From: an uncultured Desulfobacca sp.
Lineage (GTDB): Bacteria; Desulfobacterota; Desulfobaccia; Desulfobaccales; 0-14-0-80-60-11
Length of the DNA: 53,112 bases
NCBI GenBank assembly: GCA_964578335.1
Contig: CAZOCQ010000001.1
Coordinates: 1-53,112, forward strand
Direction of reading: 5' to 3'
Shown here: positions 36,969-46,849 of the stretch, piece after piece
Position numbering within the stretch: position 1 is the stretch's first letter
Layout: every line of letters starts with the position of its first letter
Translations under genes and position numbers: made by a program
Notes under the pieces: model-generated
Database searches by the model: none
What the model saw: only the letters and a program-made list of their open reading frames with translations
What the model was told of the DNA's origin: nothing

Positions 36969-38567
36969 CTAATTGACCGGGATCAGCTTGGGAATATTGC
37001 CGTAAGCGGTGACCCCGGTCATGGCGTTGGCATTGAGCTGCTTATAGGTGGCCCCGCCGGGGTATCCGGCGGCGTTGTTGTTGGTCAGGCTGCTGTTGGT
37101 AATTTGGGAATTGGGGGTATTCAGCGGAATATTCGGAATCACGGTGCTGAGATTGGTCACGTTCCGCATGGTGGCCACGTTGGAATTCCAGCAGCTGGCG
37201 GCCAGCCGGGTCAGGCAGTCCTTTTTATTGGCATAGGTGACGCCGTCAATGGTTTTGGGATAGGTGTAATTGCATTGGTTGCAATGAACCGTGGAGGGGC
37301 TGACGTCGGTAAAGGTGACGTTGGTGATGTCCACGTTGACAAAGCCGTTGACATAGATGTGCGGCGGGACGGCAAAGGAATAGCAGGCGTTGGCCTCCGT
37401 CGGCCCCATCATCCAGGCCAGGAACCGGAAGGCCTTGTCCAGGCGCCGGCTGGCGCTCAAGGGGTATTGCGTGCCGCTATAGAGCGGCAGGGTGACTCGC
37501 CAGATGCCGCTGGCGTTTTTCTTGGCATCGTAGGCCGCCTTTAAATACTTAAACGGGTTTTGGAGATAGTAGGGGGAGGCATAATACTTGTACTCGCTCC
37601 TGGCGAAGATCTCCTGGCCGTATTTCAGCGCGTCCACAAAATAGATAGTCCTGCCGGTGGTGGTCAGGGAAGTGCTGGAATTTTGGTTAGTATGAGTGCT
37701 GAGAGCCGCTTCCTGCAGTATTCGCAGGATGGTGTTGGGCACCGAGTCATTGGGGTTGCACACGAACCAATAGCCCGTTTCGCCGTCCGGGGTGGGGTTA
37801 TTGCTTAGACTGGTATTGACGTTGTTGCCGCCGGTGTCTTTAAAGTAGAAGGTCTTCCAGGTGGCGGTTTGGGCCACGGCGTCGGAAGGGCCGAACAGCC
37901 GGGCATACCAGCTGGAAGCGGGTTTGGATTCCGAGTAAAGGGGAGAATTAGGCCCGTTGACCGGCACGGCCACAGGGATGGGCACGGTGCCCAGGGGCAC
38001 CCCCAGGATGCTGCTCATGTAGGCCCGCGACTTGGCTTTCACCGTGGAGGCGCCTAAACCGAAGATCCCGCCGAAGAAGTTGGCCACCGGACCATAGGTC
38101 CCGGTGTTGCCCCGCTGCAGGGTGATCTCTACGGCATTGGCGGTGGAGTTGGTGGTGACGTTGGTCTTGTTGCCGATGAGGGTCCAGGTAAGGGCTTTGT
38201 CGTCCCAGTAGCCGAAGTTGATGGAGAGCCCCGGGTCCGAATCGTTGATGCTGGCCAAACCCAGGGCCGTACCGGCGGTATTAATGGTGCCCATGGCCTG
38301 GGTCACCGCGCCGTCGGCGTCCTTAAAGACCACGCCGTTGACGTCCTGCTGGATCAGGCCCATGACGGCGGCCTGCGCCGCGGCATCGGTGGTGTTCTGT
38401 AGTTCACTGCGCACCGAATAGAGATGGCCCATGTCAACCGCCAGGCTGGCTATGCCGACAATTGCCACCATCAGGCCAACGGCGAAGATCATCGCGATCG
38501 ACCCCTTCTCATCCCGTCTGAATCCATTGAGCCCTTGCCACCGCATAATGTTTTCCTCCTCCCTCAC
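36969..38567 (-). CDS. large TadG-like pseudopilin (532 aa), Asn/Thr/Ser-rich
   Basis: EKGSIAMIFAVGLMVAIVGIASLAVDMGHL N-terminus. Many N-x-S/T tripeptides. Ends in IPKLIPVN. Confidence 0.65.
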   Translation of the reverse strand: MREEENIMRWQGLNGFRRDEKGSIAMIFAVGLMVAIVGIASLAVDMGHLYSVRSELQNTTDAAAQAAVMGLIQQDVNGVVFKDADGAVTQAMGTINTAGTALGLASINDSDPGLSINFGYWDDKALTWTLIGNKTNVTTNSTANAVEITLQRGNTGTYGPVANFFGGIFGLGASTVKAKSRAYMSSILGVPLGTVPIPVAVPVNGPNSPLYSESKPASSWYARLFGPSDAVAQTATWKTFYFKDTGGNNVNTSLSNNPTPDGETGYWFVCNPNDSVPNTILRILQEAALSTHTNQNSSTSLTTTGRTIYFVDALKYGQEIFARSEYKYYASPYYLQNPFKYLKAAYDAKKNASGIWRVTLPLYSGTQYPLSASRRLDKAFRFLAWMMGPTEANACYSFAVPPHIYVNGFVNVDITNVTFTDVSPSTVHCNQCNYTYPKTIDGVTYANKKDCLTRLAASCWNSNVATMRNVTNLSTVIPNIPLNTPNSQITNSSLTNNNAAGYPGGATYKQLNANAMTGVTAYGNIPKLIPVN

Positions 38568-38667
38568 TCATCCTAAGCTGGGCTAAATGTTAAAGGGGTC
38601 GATACCCCGCGCCGCCAAATTCGTTGCCCTAAGCCGAAACCGGTTAACAGTTGGTACTGCCGGGGCC

Positions 38668-39144
38668 TCACTCCAAGCGCATCACCGTAGTGGCCGATAT
38701 CGTGGTGGAGGACGTGCCCAAAATAAAACCGACAAACCACCAGGATTTGGTGGCTGAAACCGTCACCCGCAAAGGGTCGCCCATGGCGCCGCTGGTATAG
38801 CCGGTTCCGCCCGGGGTTACCTGGGGGTTGAGATTGGCGACCAGGGTCTGCGAGATATAATTGTTAATGACGTAATTTTGGATGGTTGGAGAATAGCTGG
38901 ACGGTGGAATGCGGGCGAGACTGGTGGGGTTCAGCTGGGTATGGGCCACCCCGTAGCGGGCCCCCTCCCGGCTGGCGTTGGTCACCACCTGCCGGATGTA
39001 ATAGGCGTGGCCGAAATCCAACACCCCTCCCACCACCATCATAAAAACCATGCCCAGGATGGCGAACTCCACCGCGGCGCCGCCTTCCGTCCGGCGTCCG
39101 AAACCCCGGCAATTTCCACTGTTCAATCGCAACCGCAGTTTCAT
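38668..39144 (-). CDS. TadE-like pseudopilin
   Basis: TEGGAAVEFAILGMVFMMVVGGVLD...ASREGARYG. Confidence 0.75.
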   Translation of the reverse strand: MKLRLRLNSGNCRGFGRRTEGGAAVEFAILGMVFMMVVGGVLDFGHAYYIRQVVTNASREGARYGVAHTQLNPTSLARIPPSSYSPTIQNYVINNYISQTLVANLNPQVTPGGTGYTSGAMGDPLRVTVSATKSWWFVGFILGTSSTTISATTVMRLE

Positions 39145-39204
39145 ACCACAATTTTCCTGAATGAGGGCCCTTGCCCGTAAGCCGACTTAAGGTCTTAAAT
39201 TTAT

Positions 39205-39290
39205 TTCTTTGATTAAATCAACTATACGAAAAAATCAATCAGTGGTTCCCTGATTTTTTTACAGGAAATCCCTGATTTTTTAACCTGAAT
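39205..39290. repeat. upstream direct repeat unit 1 (contains two TCCCTGAT sites)
   Basis: Aligns by eye with 39405..39490 at an offset of exactly 200 bp, sharing AAAATCAATCAG...TCCCTGAT...ATCCCTGATTTTTT. Confidence 0.7.
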
Positions 39291-39404
39291 TTAGTCAACA
39301 TGCACGCCCCATGCCAAATCGCCCCTTCCGACCCGGACCCGATACCTTCTGAGGCCCTAAATTTTTAGTGCGCTGGCAGCTTCCTTAAAAAAAAATTTTT
39401 CCTT

Positions 39405-39490
39405 TAATTTTGATATAGCAACTATCTTTCAAAATCAATCAGCGACTCCCTGATTTATCGGTAGGGAATCCCTGATTTTTTTAGCGCCGA
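39405..39490. repeat. upstream direct repeat unit 2
   Basis: See unit 1. TCCCTGAT sites at 39447..39454 and 39469..39476. Confidence 0.7.
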
Positions 39491-39806
39491 ACATGGTCAT
39501 CAGGCTGGATAGACCACAGGTTGACTAAATGGCCGGCTGGTTATTTTTCTTTTTGATGAATACCCTGAAAGGGTCGGCATGATGACAATTTATAAATAAA
39601 TCCTGCATATTAATAGCCGGACCGGCCGGTTTTCTCCGGGATGGCGGCGGCTTTAATCCATATAAACAAACGGACTTGTAAGGTAAAAGGTGGTGCGGGC
39701 CTGTCCGAGAGTCGGGCCTGCGGATTTCTAAGCGGTATTTATCAAGGCGCAATTATTTGCTAAAAGGAGTGGGGACAACCAGGATTATCAGGGCAAGGAG
39801 CGCTTC

Positions 39807-40604
39807 ATGGTCAACATCCTCCTCATCCAACCGCAGCCCGTTTCCCGGATGGATAGTCCGGAGAATCTAAAATTGGCCCAGGCCCTGCTGGCGGACTGCC
39901 GCGGGCGTGGGGCCGACCTTATTTGCCTGCCGGAGTATTTTCCCTATGCCGGCGACGCGGAGCTGGCGCAGGCGGCCCGTGACCTGGGGGCTTACTTGGT
40001 GGCCGGGCTGGTGGCGGAAGATGGGGGCCGGCGTTACAATACCGCCACTCTGTTCGATCGCCGGGGCAATCTGCTGGGGCGTCAGGCCAAGGTCAATCTG
40101 GGCAACCTGGAGCGCCGGGGTTTTGGGGTGGCTCCGGGAGAGGGTTTTCGAGTGTGGCAGACCGATTTCGGGAGGCTGGGCCTGCCGGTGTGCATTGATT
40201 TTTGGGGCCAGCCGGAGGCCGCCCGGCAACTGGCGGCCCAAGGGGCCGACCTCATCGTTAATCCCAGCCTCTTCCCCATTATGCGGGGCCACTGGTCCAT
40301 GGGCGCCCTGGTGCGGGCCTTCGACTATTTCCTGCCGGTGGTGGGGGTGAACACCGCCGCCTTTACCGCCGAAGTGGCCGGGCGGCGCTACTCCATGCAG
40401 GGCGGCCGATCCTTTGCCATTCAGCCGCCGGCGCCCCCGGATGAAAAGGTCCTGGCGCAGTGGGTCAGCGCCTGGGATGACCTGAACCATTGGATCGTGT
40501 TGACCGGCGGCGAAGGCCCGGAGATCCTGGCCGTCTCCCTGGACCTCAAGGGCCCCGCGGCCTGGCGCCCGCAAATCCGCCGCCGCTTTGGCTTCACCTT
40601 ATAA
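39807..40604 (+). CDS. carbon-nitrogen hydrolase (nitrilase superfamily)
   Basis: ICLPEYF (Glu), a later Lys, and LPVCIDFW (Cys), together forming the E-K-C pattern. Confidence 0.8.
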   Translation: MVNILLIQPQPVSRMDSPENLKLAQALLADCRGRGADLICLPEYFPYAGDAELAQAARDLGAYLVAGLVAEDGGRRYNTATLFDRRGNLLGRQAKVNLGNLERRGFGVAPGEGFRVWQTDFGRLGLPVCIDFWGQPEAARQLAAQGADLIVNPSLFPIMRGHWSMGALVRAFDYFLPVVGVNTAAFTAEVAGRRYSMQGGRSFAIQPPAPPDEKVLAQWVSAWDDLNHWIVLTGGEGPEILAVSLDLKGPAAWRPQIRRRFGFTL

Positions 40605-40849
40605 GGCGGCGGGGCGCGGGGAAATGACCGGTGGGCGCCGGCCGTCTGCCCGGCAGAAGGGTGTTTCAAATTGGAAGTGTTGCCGGGATTTATTCGCAAT
40701 CGACTATCGGCCTGACAACCTAAGCTAATTATTGAGTTTTTTCTAAGCTATAATATTTGAGTCAATTCTTGACATTGAAAAATAAAGCATTATCTAGTGC
40801 CAATAGAACGACGGGGCGGCTATGACTTCCAACCAGGATAAGGAGAGAG

Positions 40850-41368
40850 ATGATGCAGAATGCCCGCAAATGCTTGATCGTTATGGTAGCAACGGCGCTT
40901 TGTCTGGCCTTAACCATCCCGGCCTTGGCCCAACCCAAGGGCGGCGCTTTGATGACGGAAGACGTCTTTACCCCCATTGCCAAAGGCTATGACTTCATCC
41001 GGGAAGGTAAATACGAGGCCGCCAAATTTGAATTCGCTGACGCGGTAAAACGCGACAAATTTAACCCCTTTGCCCTCAACAACATGGCGGTCCTGGAAGA
41101 ACGGGAAGGCAAGCTAAATGATGCCCTGGCCAACCTGATGACTGCCACTACCTATGCCACCGAATACAAAAACAAAGTGCAGCAGACCTGTTTTGCCGGC
41201 GGTGGCTGCCTGGCGGTCAAGCCGACCAAGGAGGCTGGGGAGACCAGCTCCATTGCCCCCATCATCCAGGAAAACATCGCTAAGCTGAAGGCCAAGATTG
41301 CCGCCACCGGAACCCCTCCGCCCCCAGGTTCGCCGCCTCCCATGGTGCCTAAGTCGGGGGCGAAGTAA
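40850..41368 (+). CDS. secreted TPR-like hypothetical protein with Pro-rich tail
   Basis: Strong AAGGAGAGAG RBS, a signal peptide, and a helical-repeat-like core (GKYEAAKFEFADAVKRDKFNPFALNNMAVL). Confidence 0.5.
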   Translation: MMQNARKCLIVMVATALCLALTIPALAQPKGGALMTEDVFTPIAKGYDFIREGKYEAAKFEFADAVKRDKFNPFALNNMAVLEEREGKLNDALANLMTATTYATEYKNKVQQTCFAGGGCLAVKPTKEAGETSSIAPIIQENIAKLKAKIAATGTPPPPGSPPPMVPKSGAK

Positions 41369-41590
41369 TCATTGGGGACTGCCCCTACCGCCCCGTTCCT
41401 CGCTAGGGGTCAGGCCTTAGGCTGAAAAAGACAGAACCGAGCCAGTCACTCTTATTCTTCATCAGTTTGGGGGTCAGGGGATGTTAATCCTCTGGCCCTT
41501 CTCTCATCCGGACTTCTCCGACACACCACAACCCGGCCGGGTTTCCAGGCATAATTGCTCCCGCGGTGCGGCAGGCTGAGGATGGGGGCC

Positions 41591-41926
41591 TTAAGACCGA
41601 GAAAGCAGCAGGTGCAGCTCCCGAAGTCCTTGTTGGGCCAGGCGCAGGGAGTGGCGGAGTTGCGCCGGCTTGGGAATTTCCGGGGGCAGGAAGGCGCGGT
41701 ACGGGGGCAAGGAAACGGCGGGCCCCGCCTGCAATTGGGCCAGCAAGGTGCTCAGTTCCCGGATCAAATGCAGATAAACGGCCCCCAGGGGTTCGGGGCC
41801 GCCCTGGACCTGGGGCCCCGATGGAGAGCTCCGCCCGGCTTCTTCCGACTGTTCGGCCAGGGCCTGGGTTAGAGGCAGCTTTGCAAGCTTGGTCGTTTTG
41901 CCGGCAAGCTGTTTCTTTTTTGCCAT
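41591..41926 (-). CDS. small Lys-rich-N-terminus protein downstream of ParA (possible ParA partner)
   Basis: MAKKKQLAGKTTKLAKL... It has GC-rich third codon positions like real genes here. Overlaps the ParA 3' end by 58 nt in another frame. Confidence 0.45.
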   Translation of the reverse strand: MAKKKQLAGKTTKLAKLPLTQALAEQSEEAGRSSPSGPQVQGGPEPLGAVYLHLIRELSTLLAQLQAGPAVSLPPYRAFLPPEIPKPAQLRHSLRLAQQGLRELHLLLSRS

Positions 41927-42687
41927 ATCTCCAAAAATTCCCGGGTCAGGTTCCAATGATCCTGAGCCCCGGAGCATCTGGGCTCAAAATCAAAGATGGC
42001 CTTTTGGGCAATCTGAGCCTGGTTTAAGGCTTCGTTTTTATTGATCACGGCCTTAAAGGTCTTGTCCCGGTAAGGCGCCAGTTGCTCCAGGATATATTCG
42101 TTGGTGACCCGGTTGCGGCGGTCAAACATGGTGAGGAGGATGCGGAAGAGATCCTCTTCAAACAGCTCCTCCAGCGCCAGGTTTTTCACGGTCTCCACGG
42201 TGGTGAGCAAATCCGCCAGGCCGTCCAGGGAATACCGGGAAATCTGGCAGGGAATAATAAGGAAATCACAGGCGTAGAGCGAGTTGGTGGTGAGCACTCC
42301 CAAGGAGGGCGGACAATCGATAAGCACAAAATCATAATCCGCCTCCTTGAGGGATTGGGCCAGAATGGCCTCGCGGAAGACTCGGGTGTACACCTGTTCC
42401 GCCGCCCGGGCCAAATGGATGGTGGCCGGAGCCACCTCCAGACCCAGGATATAAGTGGGCACGGCCACCTGGGTGATGCTCAGCCGGGGCACGGTCATCA
42501 AGTCCGCCATGGACTTGGTGACTGTGTCCGGATCTACGCCCAGGCCGATGGTGCTGTGCCCCTGGGGGTCCAGGTCGATGATCAGGGTCCGGTAGCCCTG
42601 ATAAGCCAGACAGGCCCCCAAATTCAGGGTGGTGGTGGTCTTGCCGGTGCCGCCCTTCTGGTTGATGATTGCCACTACATGCGACAT
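41869..42687 (-). CDS. ParA/Soj-type ATPase (orphan, no ParB)
   Basis: VVAIINQKGGTGKTTTTLNLG deviant Walker A and LIDCPPSLG. Start trimmed to MSHVV. Confidence 0.85.
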   Translation of the reverse strand: MSHVVAIINQKGGTGKTTTTLNLGACLAYQGYRTLIIDLDPQGHSTIGLGVDPDTVTKSMADLMTVPRLSITQVAVPTYILGLEVAPATIHLARAAEQVYTRVFREAILAQSLKEADYDFVLIDCPPSLGVLTTNSLYACDFLIIPCQISRYSLDGLADLLTTVETVKNLALEELFEEDLFRILLTMFDRRNRVTNEYILEQLAPYRDKTFKAVINKNEALNQAQIAQKAIFDFEPRCSGAQDHWNLTREFLEIWQKRNSLPAKRPSLQSCL

Positions 42688-42857
42688 GATTCGGCCTTTG
42701 ACTTCGGGAGAAGCGGCAATAATGCCATCATGCCCCAAATGATAGATGATAGGTCCAATGGCGTCAAGGAATATCTGAGGTTGGCAAACGGCCTCCCGGG
42801 CAGACCTTTTATTGTAAAGATCTCAACCCCCTTGGCATAACCTCTGCATTATGAGTA

Positions 42858-43235
42858 ATGCTCAAGTATCGCAAACTCGAAAGCACCGTCTTCTCTCCTT
42901 TGGAAAGAAGGCGGTTCAGCCGCTTCATCATTCCTCTGGAAGTGCGCTATCAAACCTGCTGCCCGGTGACCGGTGAGCTGCACCGGGGCCAGGGGGTTCT
43001 CCGGGACCTCAGCCTGTGCGGCGGTTTTTTCCACCTCGATCATCCCGTTAACTTCCAACACGGCCAGGTCCTGGATCTTACCATCGCCGCTCCCTTGCCG
43101 ATGCTGGATTCCAAACAGACTTCCCACTTCTCGGTCAAGGGGGAAGTGGTGCGGCTGGAACCGGCCGGCCCAACCAATTCCAAGCACGGCGTGGCCGTCA
43201 ACTTCCTGCAAAAACTCTCCTTTGCCGACGTTTAA
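42858..43235 (+). CDS. PilZ domain protein
   Basis: RRRFSRFIIP (RxxxR) and DLSLCGGFF (D/NxSxxG) motifs. Confidence 0.7.
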   Translation: MLKYRKLESTVFSPLERRRFSRFIIPLEVRYQTCCPVTGELHRGQGVLRDLSLCGGFFHLDHPVNFQHGQVLDLTIAAPLPMLDSKQTSHFSVKGEVVRLEPAGPTNSKHGVAVNFLQKLSFADV

Positions 43236-43549
43236 CCTTTTTGATATCTTATAAAAAAACGCCTTCCGGTGTTCATTTCCATGAACCTGAAGTGTCTGAG
43301 TTTGGCGGCGAGGCCAAGATTGTCAATGATATTAAATAATTAAATAATATCCTAACTAGTTTATATTACGTTACAAATTTATTAAGAATCTTAAACAAAA
43401 AATGAGCATCTCTTCAGGAAGACAGATTTATCCCGGCTCCCGGATTAGGATTTATGATTAATCAGGACCCCGGATTCACGCACTCCTCCCCAGGGTTGCA
43501 GCCGTGATGCGCCCCTGGGCTGTCATTTGGCGCGGCCGCCGGATTTGGC

Positions 43550-44599
43550 ATGACCGGGTCTGACCCCATGGTAGCCGTGGCCCTGAGCGGCGGGGTGGAC
43601 AGCGCCGTGGCCGCGGCCCTGCTCCTCCGGCAGGGGTACCGCGCCCGCGGGGTTCACCTGCGCTTGAGCGAGCCCGGCCCTCCGGCCGGGCGCCTGGAGG
43701 CCCTGGCCCGGGGTCTGGGTCTGGACCTCGCCTTCGTGGACCTCCGGGAAGAATTCGCCCGGCAGGTGGTGGACTATTTTGTGGCCGAATATCTCCGGGG
43801 CCGCACCCCCAATCCCTGCGTGCAGTGCAACGCGGCCGTCAAATTCGGCCGCCTCTTTCAGTTGCTCCAGGAAGGAGGGCCGACCCGGCTGGCCACCGGC
43901 CACTACGCCCGCCTGCAAACCGCGCCCGACGGCTCCCTGGGCCTCTTCCGGGGCGCGGACCGGCGCAAGGACCAGTCCTACTTCCTTAGCCGCCTGCCCC
44001 GGGAGCTGCTGCCCCGCCTCATCTTTCCCCTGGGGGAGCTGACCAAGCCGGAGGTGCGCCGCCGTTACCGGGAGCTGAGCCTGCCGGGGTCCGAACCTGC
44101 CCCGGAGAGCGTGGAACTCTGTTTCATCCCGGAGGGCCGCTACTCTGATTTCATCCGGACCCACGGCGGCCGGGGCGCCCCGGGGGATTTGGTGGACCTG
44201 TCAGGCCGGCTTCTGGGCCGGCACCGGGGCCTGGAGCACTACACCGTGGGCCAGCGCCGGGGTCTGGGGATCCCGGCCCGGGAACCCTATTACGTGCTGG
44301 AGATCCACCCCGAGACCAACCGGGTGGTGCTGGGCTTCAAGGGGGAGACGCTCTCCGCCGGCCTGCGGGCCGGCCGGATGAACTGGCTCATCGAACCGCC
44401 CGCCGCAGAATTCGAGGCCCAGGCGGTCATCCGCTACCGCCATCCGGGGGTGATGGCCAGGATTACGCCCTTAAGCCAGGGGGAAGCGCAGGTGATCTTC
44501 GCCACGCCGCAAGCGGCCGTAGCCCCGGGCCAGGCCGTGGTCTTCTACGACCGGGACCGGGTCCTGGGCGGCGGCTGGATCGAGGCGCGGATTAAGTGA
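43550..44599 (+). CDS. mnmA: tRNA 2-thiouridine(34) synthase MnmA
   Basis: ALSGGVDSAVAA PP-loop, RTPNPCVQCN and ATGHYAR motifs. Confidence 0.9.
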   Translation: MTGSDPMVAVALSGGVDSAVAAALLLRQGYRARGVHLRLSEPGPPAGRLEALARGLGLDLAFVDLREEFARQVVDYFVAEYLRGRTPNPCVQCNAAVKFGRLFQLLQEGGPTRLATGHYARLQTAPDGSLGLFRGADRRKDQSYFLSRLPRELLPRLIFPLGELTKPEVRRRYRELSLPGSEPAPESVELCFIPEGRYSDFIRTHGGRGAPGDLVDLSGRLLGRHRGLEHYTVGQRRGLGIPAREPYYVLEIHPETNRVVLGFKGETLSAGLRAGRMNWLIEPPAAEFEAQAVIRYRHPGVMARITPLSQGEAQVIFATPQAAVAPGQAVVFYDRDRVLGGGWIEARIK

Positions 44600-44606
44600 T
44601 ATTTTC

Positions 44607-46058
<1,452 letters not shown>

Positions 46059-46147
46059 AACCACCGAAGCCTCTGGTTTTTTATTTGCCTGCATCCAAAG
46101 ATCGCTATGGTATTTCCTCGGAAGTGACCAGCGAAAGGGAGCCCCTC

Positions 46148-46757
46148 ATGATGAAGATCAACCTCGCCCTGCTAATTGGCAGTCTCTCCTGGATGATGGG
46201 CCTGGCAGTTGTCTCTGCGTCGTCCGGCGGGGAGCCGGCCGCTATCCCCACCCAGAAAATCAATGCCGAATTGCGGCAGCAGCTACCCTGGGCGGACCGG
46301 CAGGATTTTGCGGACGTCCAGCGGGGTTTCATTGCCCCGCTGCCGGATAATGGGGTGATTCGCGGCAAAGAGGGCCAACCGGTGTGGGATCTGAGCAGCC
46401 TGGCCTTCATTAAGCCGGACGCGGCGGCGCCTGATTCGGTCAATCCCAGCCTTTGGCGCCAGTCCCAGCTCCTGATGCACGCCGGCCTCTTTAAAGTGGT
46501 GGACCGGGTCTATCAGGTCCGGGGCGCCGACGCCTCCAATATCACCTTCATCGAAGGCGACACCGGCCTGATCGTGGTGGACCCGCTGATCTCGACGGAA
46601 ACCGCCCGGACCGCCCTGGCTCTCTATTATCAGCATCGGCCGCAGAAGCCGGTGAAGGCGGTGATTTATCGAAGGGCGGGCCGAGAAGGTCGGGGAATTG
46701 TTTTCGCTGTTGGATAACTACTCCCCCTGGTTCAATATCGTCACTCCGAACCCCTGA
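46148..46757 (+). pseudogene. internally deleted alkyl/aryl-sulfatase (MBL-fold, YjcS/SdsA1-like) remnant
   Basis: 174 N-terminal codons match the family up to ...KPVKAVIY and stop just before the expected THSHxDH motif. From 46671, in another frame, the sequence reads EGRAEKVGELFSLLDNYSPWFNIVTPNP*, which resembles the family C-terminus. Confidence 0.65.
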
Positions 46758-46785
46758 CCGTCGTTCCCCAACGATGAAAATCCCG

Positions 46786-46835
46786 GTGGCATAGGCTTTC
46801 CAGCCTGTGCCGGGACAGCCGGGGGCGGCTGTCCT
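46786..46835. repeat. diverged REP-B copy plus GGACAGCC/GGCTGTCC hairpin
   Basis: GGTGGCATAGGCTTTCCAGCCTGTGCC followed by GGGACAGCCGGGGGCGGCTGTCC. Confidence 0.6.
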
Positions 46836-46849
46836 ACACAAGACTGAAC

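Noticed and set aside
39205-39490. CRISPR array or other spacer-repeat array
   Set aside because: There are only two imperfect units, at a 200-bp period, with no cas genes. Nothing elsewhere in the window resembles a CRISPR array either.
39145-39806. Hidden Flp-type pilin ORF or c-di-GMP riboswitch upstream of the pseudopilin operon
   Set aside because: No short ORF has an Flp-like G/xxxxEY leader on either strand. No recognisable GEMM core sequence was found by eye.
41555-42027. Plus-strand ORFs 41555..41872 and 41566..42027
   Set aside because: They are antisense to the ParA tail and the small ORF, with Gly/Arg/Pro-rich shadow composition.
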